From a virus (Duplodnaviria; Caudoviricetes): DNA of 64,000 nt. This document shows, piece after piece, positions 18,871-27,697 of this stretch. The notes beneath the pieces were generated by a model. The model saw only the letters and a program-made list of their open reading frames with translations, was not told the DNA's origin and did no database searches. Where the stretch lies: the IMG/VR virus record IMGVR_UViG_2681813556_000004, positions 1-64,000 of that record; one strand, given 5' to 3'. Position 1 is the stretch's first letter. Every line of letters starts with the position of its first letter. A program made the position numbers and the translations under genes.

Positions 18871-20942
18871 GCGAGTTGCAAGAAGCATTCGAAGAGCTAA
18901 GAGAAGATATCCTTTTAGAGGCAGAGGCGCGGGGCGTCTTCCAGCAGGAGGCATTTTTTGAACTCTATGCCGCCGCTGCGTCCGACAATGGCGACACCAT
19001 TGATCTGGAGTACGCCCACAGTCGTCAGGACGGTGGACGCCGACCATACCAGATAGACGGCCATGGGTTTGATGACGATCGTGGAACGCTTTATCTTGCC
19101 GTCTGCGATTACCGGGACGGGACGGACTTGGAACCTCTCCAGAATGATCGTCTAACCTCAGCACTTAAGAGGGTTACCAATTTCTTTGAAAACGCCTGTT
19201 CATCGGCATTCATCAACTCCCTTGAGGAAACGAGTCCAGCGTTTTCAGCAGCGTATTCCATCTATTCGGCACGTGACCTCATCAAGAGACTTCGCATTAT
19301 CCTTTTTTCCAACGCGCGCCTAGCAACCAAAAGGCCGCCGCAGCTGGGCGAAGAGGTCGGCGGACTGCCGGTCGTCTATAGCGTGCTCGACGCCACTCGC
19401 TACTTCGACATCCAAAAAAGTTTCAGCAGGCCTGAGCCTATCGAGGTCGATGTTTCAACTATCGCTGGTGGGCCTATCGCCTGCCTGAAGGCATCGACGG
19501 AAGCCGAGGAGCATCAATCCTATCTTCTTGCAATTCCGGGATCAGTGCTTGCGGAAGTTTACGGCCTCTACGGAGCGCGACTACTCGAACAGAATGTCCG
19601 GACTTATCTTCAGGCGAGGACCAAGGTGAACAAGGGCATTCTGGAAACCATCAAGAAGACGCCGGAGATGTTTTTCGCCTACAACAACGGCCTCACCGCG
19701 ACTGCATCGGCGGTTGACCTAGAGACACTCGAAGACGGCCAGTTGGGAATTGCGGCCATTCACAACCTCCAGATTGTGAATGGCGGACAGACGACAGCGT
19801 CGATCCTGTACGCCAAGGATGTTGGCAAGTCGTCGCTTGAGCGGGTCCACGTGCAGATGAAGCTATCGGTGGTTTCCCCTGCTGTAATTGAGCAGGTCGT
19901 GCCGAAGATTTCACGGTTCGCGAACACTCAGAACCGGATCTCGGAGGCCGACTTCTTCTCCAGCCATCCCTTCCATCTGCAAATGGAGCGTTACTCGCGC
20001 ACTCTCACCGCACCGCCGCAAAACGGAGCGATGACGGGCGACAAGTGGTTTTACGAACGAGCCCGCGGCCAGTACCGTGATGGCACTGCATATGCATCAG
20101 CAGCAGGAAAGAAAAAATATCAGCTGGAGTACCCCAAGGAGAAGCTCATCGAGAAGACGGACCTTGCGAAATACATACTAAGTTTTGAACGTAAGCCTTA
20201 CATCGTCTCACGGGGTGCCCAGAAGGCCTTCGTGGCGTTTGCCGACGAGACTGCGAAAGCTTGGAAGTCCGCTCCCACCCAGTTCAACGAAACCTGGTAT
20301 CGAAATGCCTGCGCAATGGCGCTGATTTTCCGCTGGACAGACAAACACGTGGCCAGCTCTGACTGGTACAAGGATGACCGGGGATACAAATCTCAGACGG
20401 TAGCCTATACACTTTCCTGGATCGCCGAACAGATTGACCAGCAGGGGAAGGTAAATCTGAACTGGGGGCAAGTCTGGAACACACAGTCAGTGCCGGACGA
20501 GCTCCAAGACCTGATCGTCTCTCTTGCCCCACAAATAGCGGCCGCCATACGACGGACGCCCGCGAACGTCCGGAACGTAGGAGAATACTGCAAGTTTGAA
20601 CTGTGTTGGCAGAATATAAAGGCAGCAGAATTCAACGTGCCAGTTCTGCCTGATCATCTGATGCTCGATGCAGATGAGGTGCACCGAGAGAAAAAGGAGG
20701 CGAAGTCGACCGCGATGATCGATCACGAGATCGACTTCGATGTGCTCCTTCACACTCTCATTCCCAAGGCCGAGATCATTCGCCGAGTTGCTGAACAACG
20801 TAAATTCCTGTCGCCGAAGGCCGACCGAGCCCTTCAGAAGCTTGGGTCAGGTAATTTCAATCTGGCCCGGCCGGACAAGAATTCGATCAAGCTTCTTGTT
20901 AAGCGAATGGCGGAGGAAGGAATGCCTGTAGAAGAGATGTAG
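18867..20942 (+). CDS. AIPR family protein
   Basis: LLEQNVRTYLQ...PEMFFAYNNGLT...QIVNGGQTTASI...ISRFANTQN. Confidence 0.9.
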   Translation: MSELQEAFEELREDILLEAEARGVFQQEAFFELYAAAASDNGDTIDLEYAHSRQDGGRRPYQIDGHGFDDDRGTLYLAVCDYRDGTDLEPLQNDRLTSALKRVTNFFENACSSAFINSLEETSPAFSAAYSIYSARDLIKRLRIILFSNARLATKRPPQLGEEVGGLPVVYSVLDATRYFDIQKSFSRPEPIEVDVSTIAGGPIACLKASTEAEEHQSYLLAIPGSVLAEVYGLYGARLLEQNVRTYLQARTKVNKGILETIKKTPEMFFAYNNGLTATASAVDLETLEDGQLGIAAIHNLQIVNGGQTTASILYAKDVGKSSLERVHVQMKLSVVSPAVIEQVVPKISRFANTQNRISEADFFSSHPFHLQMERYSRTLTAPPQNGAMTGDKWFYERARGQYRDGTAYASAAGKKKYQLEYPKEKLIEKTDLAKYILSFERKPYIVSRGAQKAFVAFADETAKAWKSAPTQFNETWYRNACAMALIFRWTDKHVASSDWYKDDRGYKSQTVAYTLSWIAEQIDQQGKVNLNWGQVWNTQSVPDELQDLIVSLAPQIAAAIRRTPANVRNVGEYCKFELCWQNIKAAEFNVPVLPDHLMLDADEVHREKKEAKSTAMIDHEIDFDVLLHTLIPKAEIIRRVAEQRKFLSPKADRALQKLGSGNFNLARPDKNSIKLLVKRMAEEGMPVEEM

Positions 20943-21037
20943 TGAAACCGGTGCCGCGTTTTTATTACATTACCGGCCCAAGGTCTTCTGCGATGGACCG
21001 GCCTCGCTATTGGCCACCAAACTACATCAGCGAGAGC

Positions 21038-22633
21038 TCAAGGTACCTGCGACGGGGCATGGCGGCGCTCGGCTTTACGTTCTCTTCCGATCGACTGCCC
21101 GACCGCCAGCACGCGATGCAGCAGCTGTGCAATCTGCATTGCTAGAAACGGCGGCACGGCGTTTCCGACCTGGACATATTGTTGTGTACGATTTCCCAGA
21201 AACAGATAATCATCTGGGAAGGTCTGCAGCCTCGCTGCCTCGCGGACAGTCAGGCTGCGGCACTGCATCGGATCGGGATGGATGAAGTAGTGGCCATCCT
21301 TGGAGATATGGCTCGTGACCGTGGTCGAAGCTTGGTCGGCCAGCTGGACCCGAAAACGGTCATTGAAGACGCCGCTGTGCCAGTTGCGGTGTTCTGGACT
21401 GAGTGCCAAGGGAAAATCGGCAGCCTTCGGGCTGTAGCCACGGACGGTGCCGAAAACGGCTGCGAACAGGTAGCGGCCGAGATCTGAAGCCATGTGCCCA
21501 CGCGTCTCGTGCTGGGCAATCGCGCGCATGTTCGGCCGCTCGAGCCAACGCAGCAGTTCATCGTTCGAAGTGCCATAGCCGTCCTGCAACCATGACGCGA
21601 CCCGAAGGCTCGGTGATTCGTCACTCAGTCCCCTTGAAACGCCAAGGAACGCTTCACGGAGCGCGCTGTCGTCCTTCCCCTTGCAGATGCCAGCGAGCAA
21701 CTTCGCGGCGTCGGTGACCTCCCTTCGCCATGCAGCCACGTCATCGAGGCCGCGGCTGATGCCGCTGCGCAGGGCGGGCAACGTTCCAATTGCATCGCCG
21801 ACTGTCCGCGCCATACCCAACACGGCGACCTCGGCATCAGCGGCCTTGCGCGCGAGGTCGGACCGGATCCCGACAATGATCACCCGATGGCGCCGCTGCG
21901 GAACTCCGAATGCCTCGGCGCGCACGATGAAGTCCGCAGGCTGTGTCGCCTCTTGCAGGCTGGCCTTGCCATTCTGGATCCGGACGGCGCGCAGTTCGTA
22001 TTGATGGCCGTGGCCAGTGCCGAGTGAGGACAGGTCCTCCATGAGCATCTCGAAGACAAGGCGGCTCTCGACCGTCGAGGACAGCATACCCTTGACGTTC
22101 TCCATCACGAAGGCGGCTGGGCGAAGCCTGTCGAGCACCCGGATGTACTCGCGAAACAGGTAATGCCGCGCATCCTCCTCGGGGACATAGCCGACCTTGC
22201 CCTTGGAGCGGGCGCGCCCCACCAGGGAATAGGCCTGACAGGGCGGGCCGCCGATCAGGATTGTGTCGTCGTATTTGTCCTTCAGCTCTACAATCGCACC
22301 ATCGATGGCGCTTGCCGCATGCTCAGTGCCAAGCTCGAGCGCGCGGGCTTCGTCGATGGCATGCCGCCACGCCTCAGTGTCGACGGCTGACCAGTCCGGT
22401 TCGGAGGTAAGTCCTGCGTGGAAATCGATGAACTGCTTGGGCAATGCATCATGACGCGCACGATAGTCGCGCAGGAACGCCCGTAGCGTAAGGGTCCGAT
22501 GAGCGGATGCTTCCTTTTCGACCGAAATGCCGATCCGGAACGGCGCATGGCCGTCCTCCACGAGGGAAGCGAAGCCCTCGCCAAGTCCGCCGGGACCGGC
22601 AAACAGATCGACAATTCCGAAAGTTGAAGGCAA
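21038..22633 (-). CDS. dcm: DNA (cytosine-5) methyltransferase
   Basis: DLFAGPGG, GGPPCQ, ENVKG, QRRHR, LTVREAARLQTFPD, QVGNAVPP; TTG 22633 after AGGAG. Confidence 0.95.
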   Translation of the reverse strand: MPSTFGIVDLFAGPGGLGEGFASLVEDGHAPFRIGISVEKEASAHRTLTLRAFLRDYRARHDALPKQFIDFHAGLTSEPDWSAVDTEAWRHAIDEARALELGTEHAASAIDGAIVELKDKYDDTILIGGPPCQAYSLVGRARSKGKVGYVPEEDARHYLFREYIRVLDRLRPAAFVMENVKGMLSSTVESRLVFEMLMEDLSSLGTGHGHQYELRAVRIQNGKASLQEATQPADFIVRAEAFGVPQRRHRVIIVGIRSDLARKAADAEVAVLGMARTVGDAIGTLPALRSGISRGLDDVAAWRREVTDAAKLLAGICKGKDDSALREAFLGVSRGLSDESPSLRVASWLQDGYGTSNDELLRWLERPNMRAIAQHETRGHMASDLGRYLFAAVFGTVRGYSPKAADFPLALSPEHRNWHSGVFNDRFRVQLADQASTTVTSHISKDGHYFIHPDPMQCRSLTVREAARLQTFPDDYLFLGNRTQQYVQVGNAVPPFLAMQIAQLLHRVLAVGQSIGRERKAERRHAPSQVP

Positions 22634-22700
22634 ATCAGGCTCCTGACGAGTTTCATTCAGCCGGTGTATACCAGGTTCAGGGACGAAGACCAGGACGGAT

Positions 22701-23198
22701 ATGACCGATATCGTGGACCAGCAAACCCGTTCCCGGATGATGTCGGGAATACGGGGAAAGAACACGAAGCCCGAGCTGGCTCTCAGGCGGGCATTGCACG
22801 CGCGCGGCTTTCGCTTCCGGCTTCATTCCGGAAAGGTTCACGGGCGGCCGGACCTCGTTCTTCCGAAGCATCGCGCCGTGGTCTTCGTACACGGCTGCTT
22901 CTGGCATCGCCACGAGGGCTGTCGCTACACGACCAGCCCATCGACCCGGCCGGAGTTCTGGCAGACAAAGTTCGAGGCAAACATCGCTCGGGACAGCGCC
23001 GTGCGTACGACACTTCTGGAAGACGGATGGCGCGTAGCGACGATTTGGGAGTGCGCCCTGCGGAAGCCTACACAGATAAGCGCCACAACCGATCTTCTCG
23101 CAGCCTGGCTGCCCATGGCGCCTGTCACCATTGAGATCGGTGAGAGCGACATACTGCATGGCGGGATCATCGCCACCGGTGGGGATCGCGGCGGCTGA
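22701..23198 (+). CDS. vsr: Very short patch repair endonuclease
   Basis: RSRMMSGIRGKNTKPE...PDLV...FVHGCFWHRH; divergent from the C5 methylase. Confidence 0.95.
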   Translation: MTDIVDQQTRSRMMSGIRGKNTKPELALRRALHARGFRFRLHSGKVHGRPDLVLPKHRAVVFVHGCFWHRHEGCRYTTSPSTRPEFWQTKFEANIARDSAVRTTLLEDGWRVATIWECALRKPTQISATTDLLAAWLPMAPVTIEIGESDILHGGIIATGGDRGG

Positions 23199-23232
23199 AC
23201 GGTCAACTCGCGCTGCGCCGACCTAGATAATG

Positions 23233-23274
23233 TTCGATTTCAGTTCCTTTTCGAAGCGCGACCCTGAAATCGAA
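23233..23274. terminator. 11-bp perfect inverted repeat downstream of vsr (hairpin/terminator-like)
   Basis: ttcgatttcag (23233-23243) and ctgaaatcgaa (23264-23274); 20-nt loop, no clear U-tract. Confidence 0.4.
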
Positions 23275-23493
23275 GTGTTCAGAAGGCAGGAGATTAACTG
23301 ACGCTATTTCAATGGCTTCTGATAAATTCACCAAAGCGGCGCAGTCATCAGCTCCGGAGAATATCGGCCCTTAGAGACCGCTTTCGTCCCTCGCGGCACA
23401 CGGACCGGTTAACAGCCTCTCCCGCATAACCCTCGAAAACAACGAGAAAATCCGGCCGCAGCCGGATCGGGAGAACGCTTTCGCGAGGGCAAG

Positions 23494-23514
23494 TGGCGGA
23501 CAGTGAGTCCGCCA
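23494..23514 (-). other. Prophage attachment junction: tRNA-Ser 3' end fragment in a tyrosine-integrase-type core site
   Basis: Minus strand TGGCGGA-CTCACTG-TCCGCCA, a 7-bp inverted repeat around a 7-bp overlap. CTCACTGTCCGCCA fits a tRNA 3' end with G73 and CCA (Ser-like). Confidence 0.7.
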
Positions 23515-23557
23515 ATGACGCAATCAACAATAATAAAATCAATTACTTAGACCGAAA

Positions 23558-23593
23558 TAGCGTATCAGAATGTGTATCAAATTGCGAATCAAA
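23558..23593 (+). repeat. Three tandem 12-bp repeats; putative integrase arm-type sites
   Basis: tagcgtatcaga / atgtgtatcaaa / ttgcgaatcaaa in an AT-rich tract about 45 bp inside the att core. Confidence 0.6.
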
Positions 23594-23782
23594 TATTGGC
23601 CGCCAAATACCCTGTCGATTCTGCGGCAAAGCCCGGCGAATACTATATGACGATCTGACCTTTCCAGTACCAGGCCTCCGGCTGGCACCCTGCGAATGCA
23701 TGGGCCTGAATGACGCACAGACCGAGCAGGTGATCGCCGCGTTGCGTGATCGTCCGAGGCATCCTGCTACGGGGATAGGCGA

Positions 23783-24043
23783 ATGATGCATCAGGCCGAG
23801 GCTATCCTGAACGCGCATCTGCGCGATCCAAGCAGCACGGTTGCCAGCGTGGGTGTCTGCTACGCGCTGTGCATCGGAGCCCGCCCACAGTTCAGCCCGG
23901 CAGAATGGCTCCGCATCCACGACGCCATTCGTGCGCGGTTCAATCCGAAAGACCACGCGGCATGGCTCAAGTTGCGCAACAGGATCAACGGAGCCGGATG
24001 GCGACTCGTGGGGGCGGTGATCCAGGGGGACGAAAATGGCTGA
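23783..24043 (+). CDS. Phage hypothetical protein
   Basis: 86 aa, start of a chain of overlapping + strand ORFs. Confidence 0.55.
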   Translation: MMHQAEAILNAHLRDPSSTVASVGVCYALCIGARPQFSPAEWLRIHDAIRARFNPKDHAAWLKLRNRINGAGWRLVGAVIQGDENG

Positions 24044-24082
24044 CCCCCTGAAAACCTGTGCCGACAAATATGGAGACGAAGA

Positions 24083-24571
24083 ATGACCCACCCCGTCAAC
24101 CCCACCCCCGAGGACATCGCGGCGCTGCTGGAAGAACTGCGCACAATCGGGTGCCATGCGAACGGCGACGCGCGATGCACCTGTGGGATCGGACAGAATG
24201 CCGCTGATCTGATCCAATATTTGATGACCGAACGCGACGAGGCCCTTCGTCGCGCTGAACGATCAGAGCGCAACGAGGGGTGCAGAGAGGTGGCGGATAT
24301 GCCGGGATGGCGCGCCATCGAGAGCGCGCCAGGGGTGAATGACGGGGAGTTCCTGATTGTCGGAATGAATGACAACGGCCCCGGCCACCCGAAAATATGG
24401 GATTACGCTGTGGTCTGGCGAGAAGCCGGCGGGTTCGGGATGGGTGTTGATGAAGATGGGGGGAGCGTGCCCCCATTCATTGAGGAAATCACCCACTGGA
24501 TGGCGTTGCCGACGCCCCCATCAGGCTATAACGCCATCCTCGCAACGCAGGATCCGAAGGTAGAGGAGTGA
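24083..24571 (+). CDS. Phage protein with DUF551-like C-terminal domain
   Basis: WRAIESAP...ITHWMALPTPP signature. Confidence 0.75.
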   Translation: MTHPVNPTPEDIAALLEELRTIGCHANGDARCTCGIGQNAADLIQYLMTERDEALRRAERSERNEGCREVADMPGWRAIESAPGVNDGEFLIVGMNDNGPGHPKIWDYAVVWREAGGFGMGVDEDGGSVPPFIEEITHWMALPTPPSGYNAILATQDPKVEE

Positions 24572-24705
24572 CTGGCAACATCGAAAAGGCGGCCTGGATC
24601 ATATTCTACGGAATTGCCCTGCACGGATGCTTCTCAAACGTGCAAACCGTCAGGATCAAGGCCGCGCCCTCGCTTGTGCCGATCAAGGTGAGAGTCGTGC
24701 CATGA
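24568..24705 (+). CDS. 45-aa small hydrophobic peptide (below the ORF-track cutoff)
   Basis: MTGNIEKAAWIIFYGIALHGCFSNVQTVRIKAAPSLVPIKVRVVP; GTGA overlap upstream and ATGA overlap downstream. Confidence 0.55.
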   Translation: MTGNIEKAAWIIFYGIALHGCFSNVQTVRIKAAPSLVPIKVRVVP

Positions 24706-25040
24706 GCAGGCTAGTGAAACCCGGTCCGATGCTGGATCGTTGCTATTGGGCAATGGGGGAGGATGGGTTCTCCATCCTCATTCCCGGCTGCTGGAACCGG
24801 GTGCATGATCCCGACGCCGCCTGTACCTGCGGGGAATGGGACGAGGATACAGCACGTGAAACGATCCGCGGGCTGGAACGCCATGTCTATGCTGTTCGCC
24901 ACGAGAACGAAAAGCTGCGCGCCATCCTGCGCAGGGCTGGCATCCCCGATCCGACGCGGCAGTACGATTGGAAGGCGGAGAACGCCCGGCAGCGCAGGAG
25001 GAGGATGCATCTCTCCATCAACGGTGAGGATTGCGGATAG
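24702..25040 (+). CDS. Phage hypothetical protein (Cys/His-rich, coiled coil)
   Basis: ILIPGCWNRVHDPDAACTC; coupled start at 24702. Confidence 0.65.
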   Translation: MSRLVKPGPMLDRCYWAMGEDGFSILIPGCWNRVHDPDAACTCGEWDEDTARETIRGLERHVYAVRHENEKLRAILRRAGIPDPTRQYDWKAENARQRRRRMHLSINGEDCG

Positions 25041-25255
25041 GCGGGTAGGGAGGCGTTGTGGCCTTCACTGCCCTATTGACTACGCTCCGCATGGTGATGA
25101 TGATTATATGCGAGATATGGACGATGGACGTAGGATCAAAAGGTGGGGGGACGACTTCGAATTCGCGACGTCATGTACCGACTGTCCGGATTAAATTCAG
25201 TATAAATTCACGTACCCTAAAAGGTTGGCATCGACAGAGATCGTAGGAGGAATAC

Positions 25256-25540
25256 TTGAAAATATTGTCTATAGGCGCGATTTACCTCATCTCCGTCACC
25301 TCCATTTCTGCGGCTAGTTGGCAATTGAAGCAATGTAGTGACTTCGCTCCTGAGATTATTGGTGTTGGTGAGAAGCTTGACGCTATCATTGATCAAGCCA
25401 TCGATCTCACTTTGTCACAAGGCGTTGACATCAAGTATGTCAACGATATCTCAATGTCGGCTATGATCATTGATGACGAACTTACAAAAATTGTAAATTC
25501 AATACACCAGTTGTGTGCTGCTGTCGCAGAAGCCGAATAG
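25256..25540 (+). CDS. Small secreted helical protein (moron)
   Basis: AGGAGG RBS + TTG, signal-peptide-like N-terminus, low GC. Confidence 0.65.
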   Translation: MKILSIGAIYLISVTSISAASWQLKQCSDFAPEIIGVGEKLDAIIDQAIDLTLSQGVDIKYVNDISMSAMIIDDELTKIVNSIHQLCAAVAEAE

Positions 25541-25908
25541 TTTTCAATTCGATCTGAAGTTATTGTGGCATGGGAGAGAGGTTTCGAGGGTAATAGACTA
25601 TCTGACGGCATTGTAGCGCCGGCCGAGAACTGGAAGCACTATGTAGGCGAGCGCGCTAAACGGCTGCCGGAATCCAGCAAACTGAAGAGCCAAAACCCCA
25701 TCCGGTACCTTAACTGCTGAGCTGCTCTATGGGCGAGGATTACGAGGGGCAGGACATATTCTCGGCCACGCCTTCTGCTGCAAGAGCAGAAGGATTGCTC
25801 TCAGAGGGGGGGCTGCCGCCTGATTTGGAGTGCATAACTTGAACATATGACCGCTTGGAAGTACGTTAATAGCCAGAGGCCCGATACCTTAAGCAGAGCG
25901 GAGCAAAA

Positions 25909-26754
25909 TTGGCTGACATCGTTCTCGGGCACGCTACATCGTGCATTTATTGTGATAATGTTGAGGATGCGCGCACCAAGGAGCACCTCATTGCCGCCAG
26001 CCTAGGCGGTCGTTTTGTAGTTGAGGCAGCGTCGTGCTCGGCTTGTTGCCGATGCACTTCCTTACTAGAGCTCGGTGTGAGCCGTCGCATCTTTCACTTG
26101 GCTCGAGCATTTTACAAAATGCCCACTCGGCGCCCCAAGGAGTATCCGAAAACGGTCGCCGTGAATGTCCTCTTCGGTAAATATGGCCCAAAGAGGGAGG
26201 TACTGGTACCCCTATCGGACGCGCCAATTGTCATTGTCGCTCCGATTTACAGGACGGACAACAAGAAAGATGCTGAGGGGAGAATCTGGTCTCTCGGCCA
26301 GCTTGAAGTGACGCAGATCGACAGAGAGAGATTTCATGGAAGGGTAGACGCGATCCTGAGGCGGTACAAGGCGCACAGCGTCACCATGGAATCTCTTCCA
26401 TTTAAAGTCAATGGGGACTTCGAGCGAACCATATGGAAAACTGCCTATGGATTCTTCTGGTTAACAGATCGAGATAGCCTAGAGGCGTCTGCGGCAAAGG
26501 CGTTCATTTTCGGGACGACTGAATTGTACCAAGTGAGGGGCAATGAAATTTACTATCAGGATATGTTTTCTAGGAAGAGGCAAAAGCTATTGGGACATCG
26601 GGCTGCCGCGGCAGTTTACACCATGGAGGAGGAGAACCATTCGCACCTGTACTGTGAGATGAACTTCTTCGAGAAGCTGGGCCTCCCGCTTTACTATTGT
26701 CGCATCCTCAATGCGTCCGGCCAGCCATTTGAGCGTGTAAACTTCATCGACTAG
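25909..26754 (+). CDS. HNH-type endonuclease domain protein (moron)
   Basis: CIYC...TKEHLIAASLGG...CSAC N-terminal pattern; low GC. Confidence 0.75.
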   Translation: MADIVLGHATSCIYCDNVEDARTKEHLIAASLGGRFVVEAASCSACCRCTSLLELGVSRRIFHLARAFYKMPTRRPKEYPKTVAVNVLFGKYGPKREVLVPLSDAPIVIVAPIYRTDNKKDAEGRIWSLGQLEVTQIDRERFHGRVDAILRRYKAHSVTMESLPFKVNGDFERTIWKTAYGFFWLTDRDSLEASAAKAFIFGTTELYQVRGNEIYYQDMFSRKRQKLLGHRAAAAVYTMEEENHSHLYCEMNFFEKLGLPLYYCRILNASGQPFERVNFID

Positions 26755-26994
26755 CCAGCAAGATTAGCTGATAGTTGTTCCCAACGGCATCGCATACGTT
26801 CTTATCATCTTGTCGTCCCGACCCAGCGCAAGTTTTGCCTAAGACCTGGTCCGCTTCCTTCGCATCCGAGTTACTTTTGACCGTCACCTCAGGGCTCCGA
26901 AGGGCGATTCCGTGGAAATTGCGTGAATGACTGACTAGAGGATGCTGCGGCGCCACAACTGCAGGGTGGATGAACTTCATTTCTAGGCCGAACT

Positions 26995-27615
26995 CTACCC
27001 ATGAAGATCAGGTTCCAGCAGCCCCTCCCCCTCGTCCCCGATCCCGAACCGTCGCACTGGATGATGCCGCACCCGCGCCTCAGCGCCAAGCGACAGATCG
27101 TCCGCCCCACCCAGCCAAGCCTCTCGCTCGTTGGTATCAAGGATCACAGGCATCCTGTCGTGGATCGGTTCAACACTGTCATTCGCGGCACGGGTCATGA
27201 TGGTGCAGGTCAGCAAGTCGCGCCACTGGCTGATCAGGCCGGCGAACCACAGGGTGGCCTCGTTGCCATCTGACTGGAACAAATGCGGCTGCTTGGGCGT
27301 CTTGTCGCCCGTCCATTCATAATACCCGCCTGCCGGGATCAGGCACCGACCATTCCGCCATGGGCCGCGAAAACTCGGCTTGTTGGCGGCCTCCTCGATC
27401 CGGGCGTTGATCGTGGCCGCCTTCCAGTCCTTCATCTCGCCGCGGTGCCATGCCGGGATCAGCCCCCAGCGCGCCCAGACCAGTTCCCCGTTGAGCAGCA
27501 CATAGACGTCCTGCGTCGGCTTGACGTTGAACCGGCGCGGGATCGGGTTGATCTTGATCTGCGACATGTCGAATTCTGTGTTGCGCAGGTTCGGGTCCAC
27601 ATAGCGCCCGCACAT
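26995..27615 (-). CDS. SOS response-associated peptidase (SRAP/HMCES/YedK family)
   Basis: MCGRY N-terminus, FNVKPTQ, WGLIP, INARIE, RCLIPAGGYYEW, IHDRMPVIL; GGAGG RBS. Confidence 0.95.
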   Translation of the reverse strand: MCGRYVDPNLRNTEFDMSQIKINPIPRRFNVKPTQDVYVLLNGELVWARWGLIPAWHRGEMKDWKAATINARIEEAANKPSFRGPWRNGRCLIPAGGYYEWTGDKTPKQPHLFQSDGNEATLWFAGLISQWRDLLTCTIMTRAANDSVEPIHDRMPVILDTNEREAWLGGADDLSLGAEARVRHHPVRRFGIGDEGEGLLEPDLHG

Positions 27616-27679
27616 GATCTGCCCTCCCGATTCCTCATGCACCCTAGCACAGCGGATGTGATTTCCAGAATCGCAGGAC

Positions 27680-27694
27680 GTTCCGCATACGTTC
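27680..27694. promoter_or_regulatory. Alphaproteobacterial LexA box GTTC-N7-GTTC
   Basis: gttc-cgcatac-gttc, 3 nt before ATG 27698 and in the divergent promoter region of the SRAP gene. Confidence 0.75.
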
Positions 27695-27697
27695 TTT

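Larger units (their letters stand above)
1..23500. mobile_element. Large-serine-recombinase integrative element (phage-satellite-like) with defence cargo; left end beyond the window
   Basis: Contains a DUF2924+LSR operon, Prim-Pol replication gene, sigma factor, TerS-like genes, methylase and resolvase. The right end abuts a tRNA-Ser 3' fragment at 23494-23507. No second copy of that fragment seen in 1-300. Confidence 0.75.

Noticed and set aside
23494-23507. Possible tRNA gene
   Set aside because: Only 14 nt of the 3' end is present, with no T-loop GTTCGA; treated as an att fragment
25024-25194. Possible small acidic Cys-containing ORF after the early genes
   Set aside because: No clear RBS or family motif; could be a gene fragment
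25771-25793. Perfect 9-bp hairpin ccttctgct/agcagaagg
   Set aside because: Isolated, with no U-tract; probably an ordinary terminator-like stem
26787-26803. 13-nt match (cgcatacgttctt) to the LexA-box region at 27684
   Set aside because: First half-site is GCAT, not GTTC; 13-nt matches are expected by chance in 64 kb
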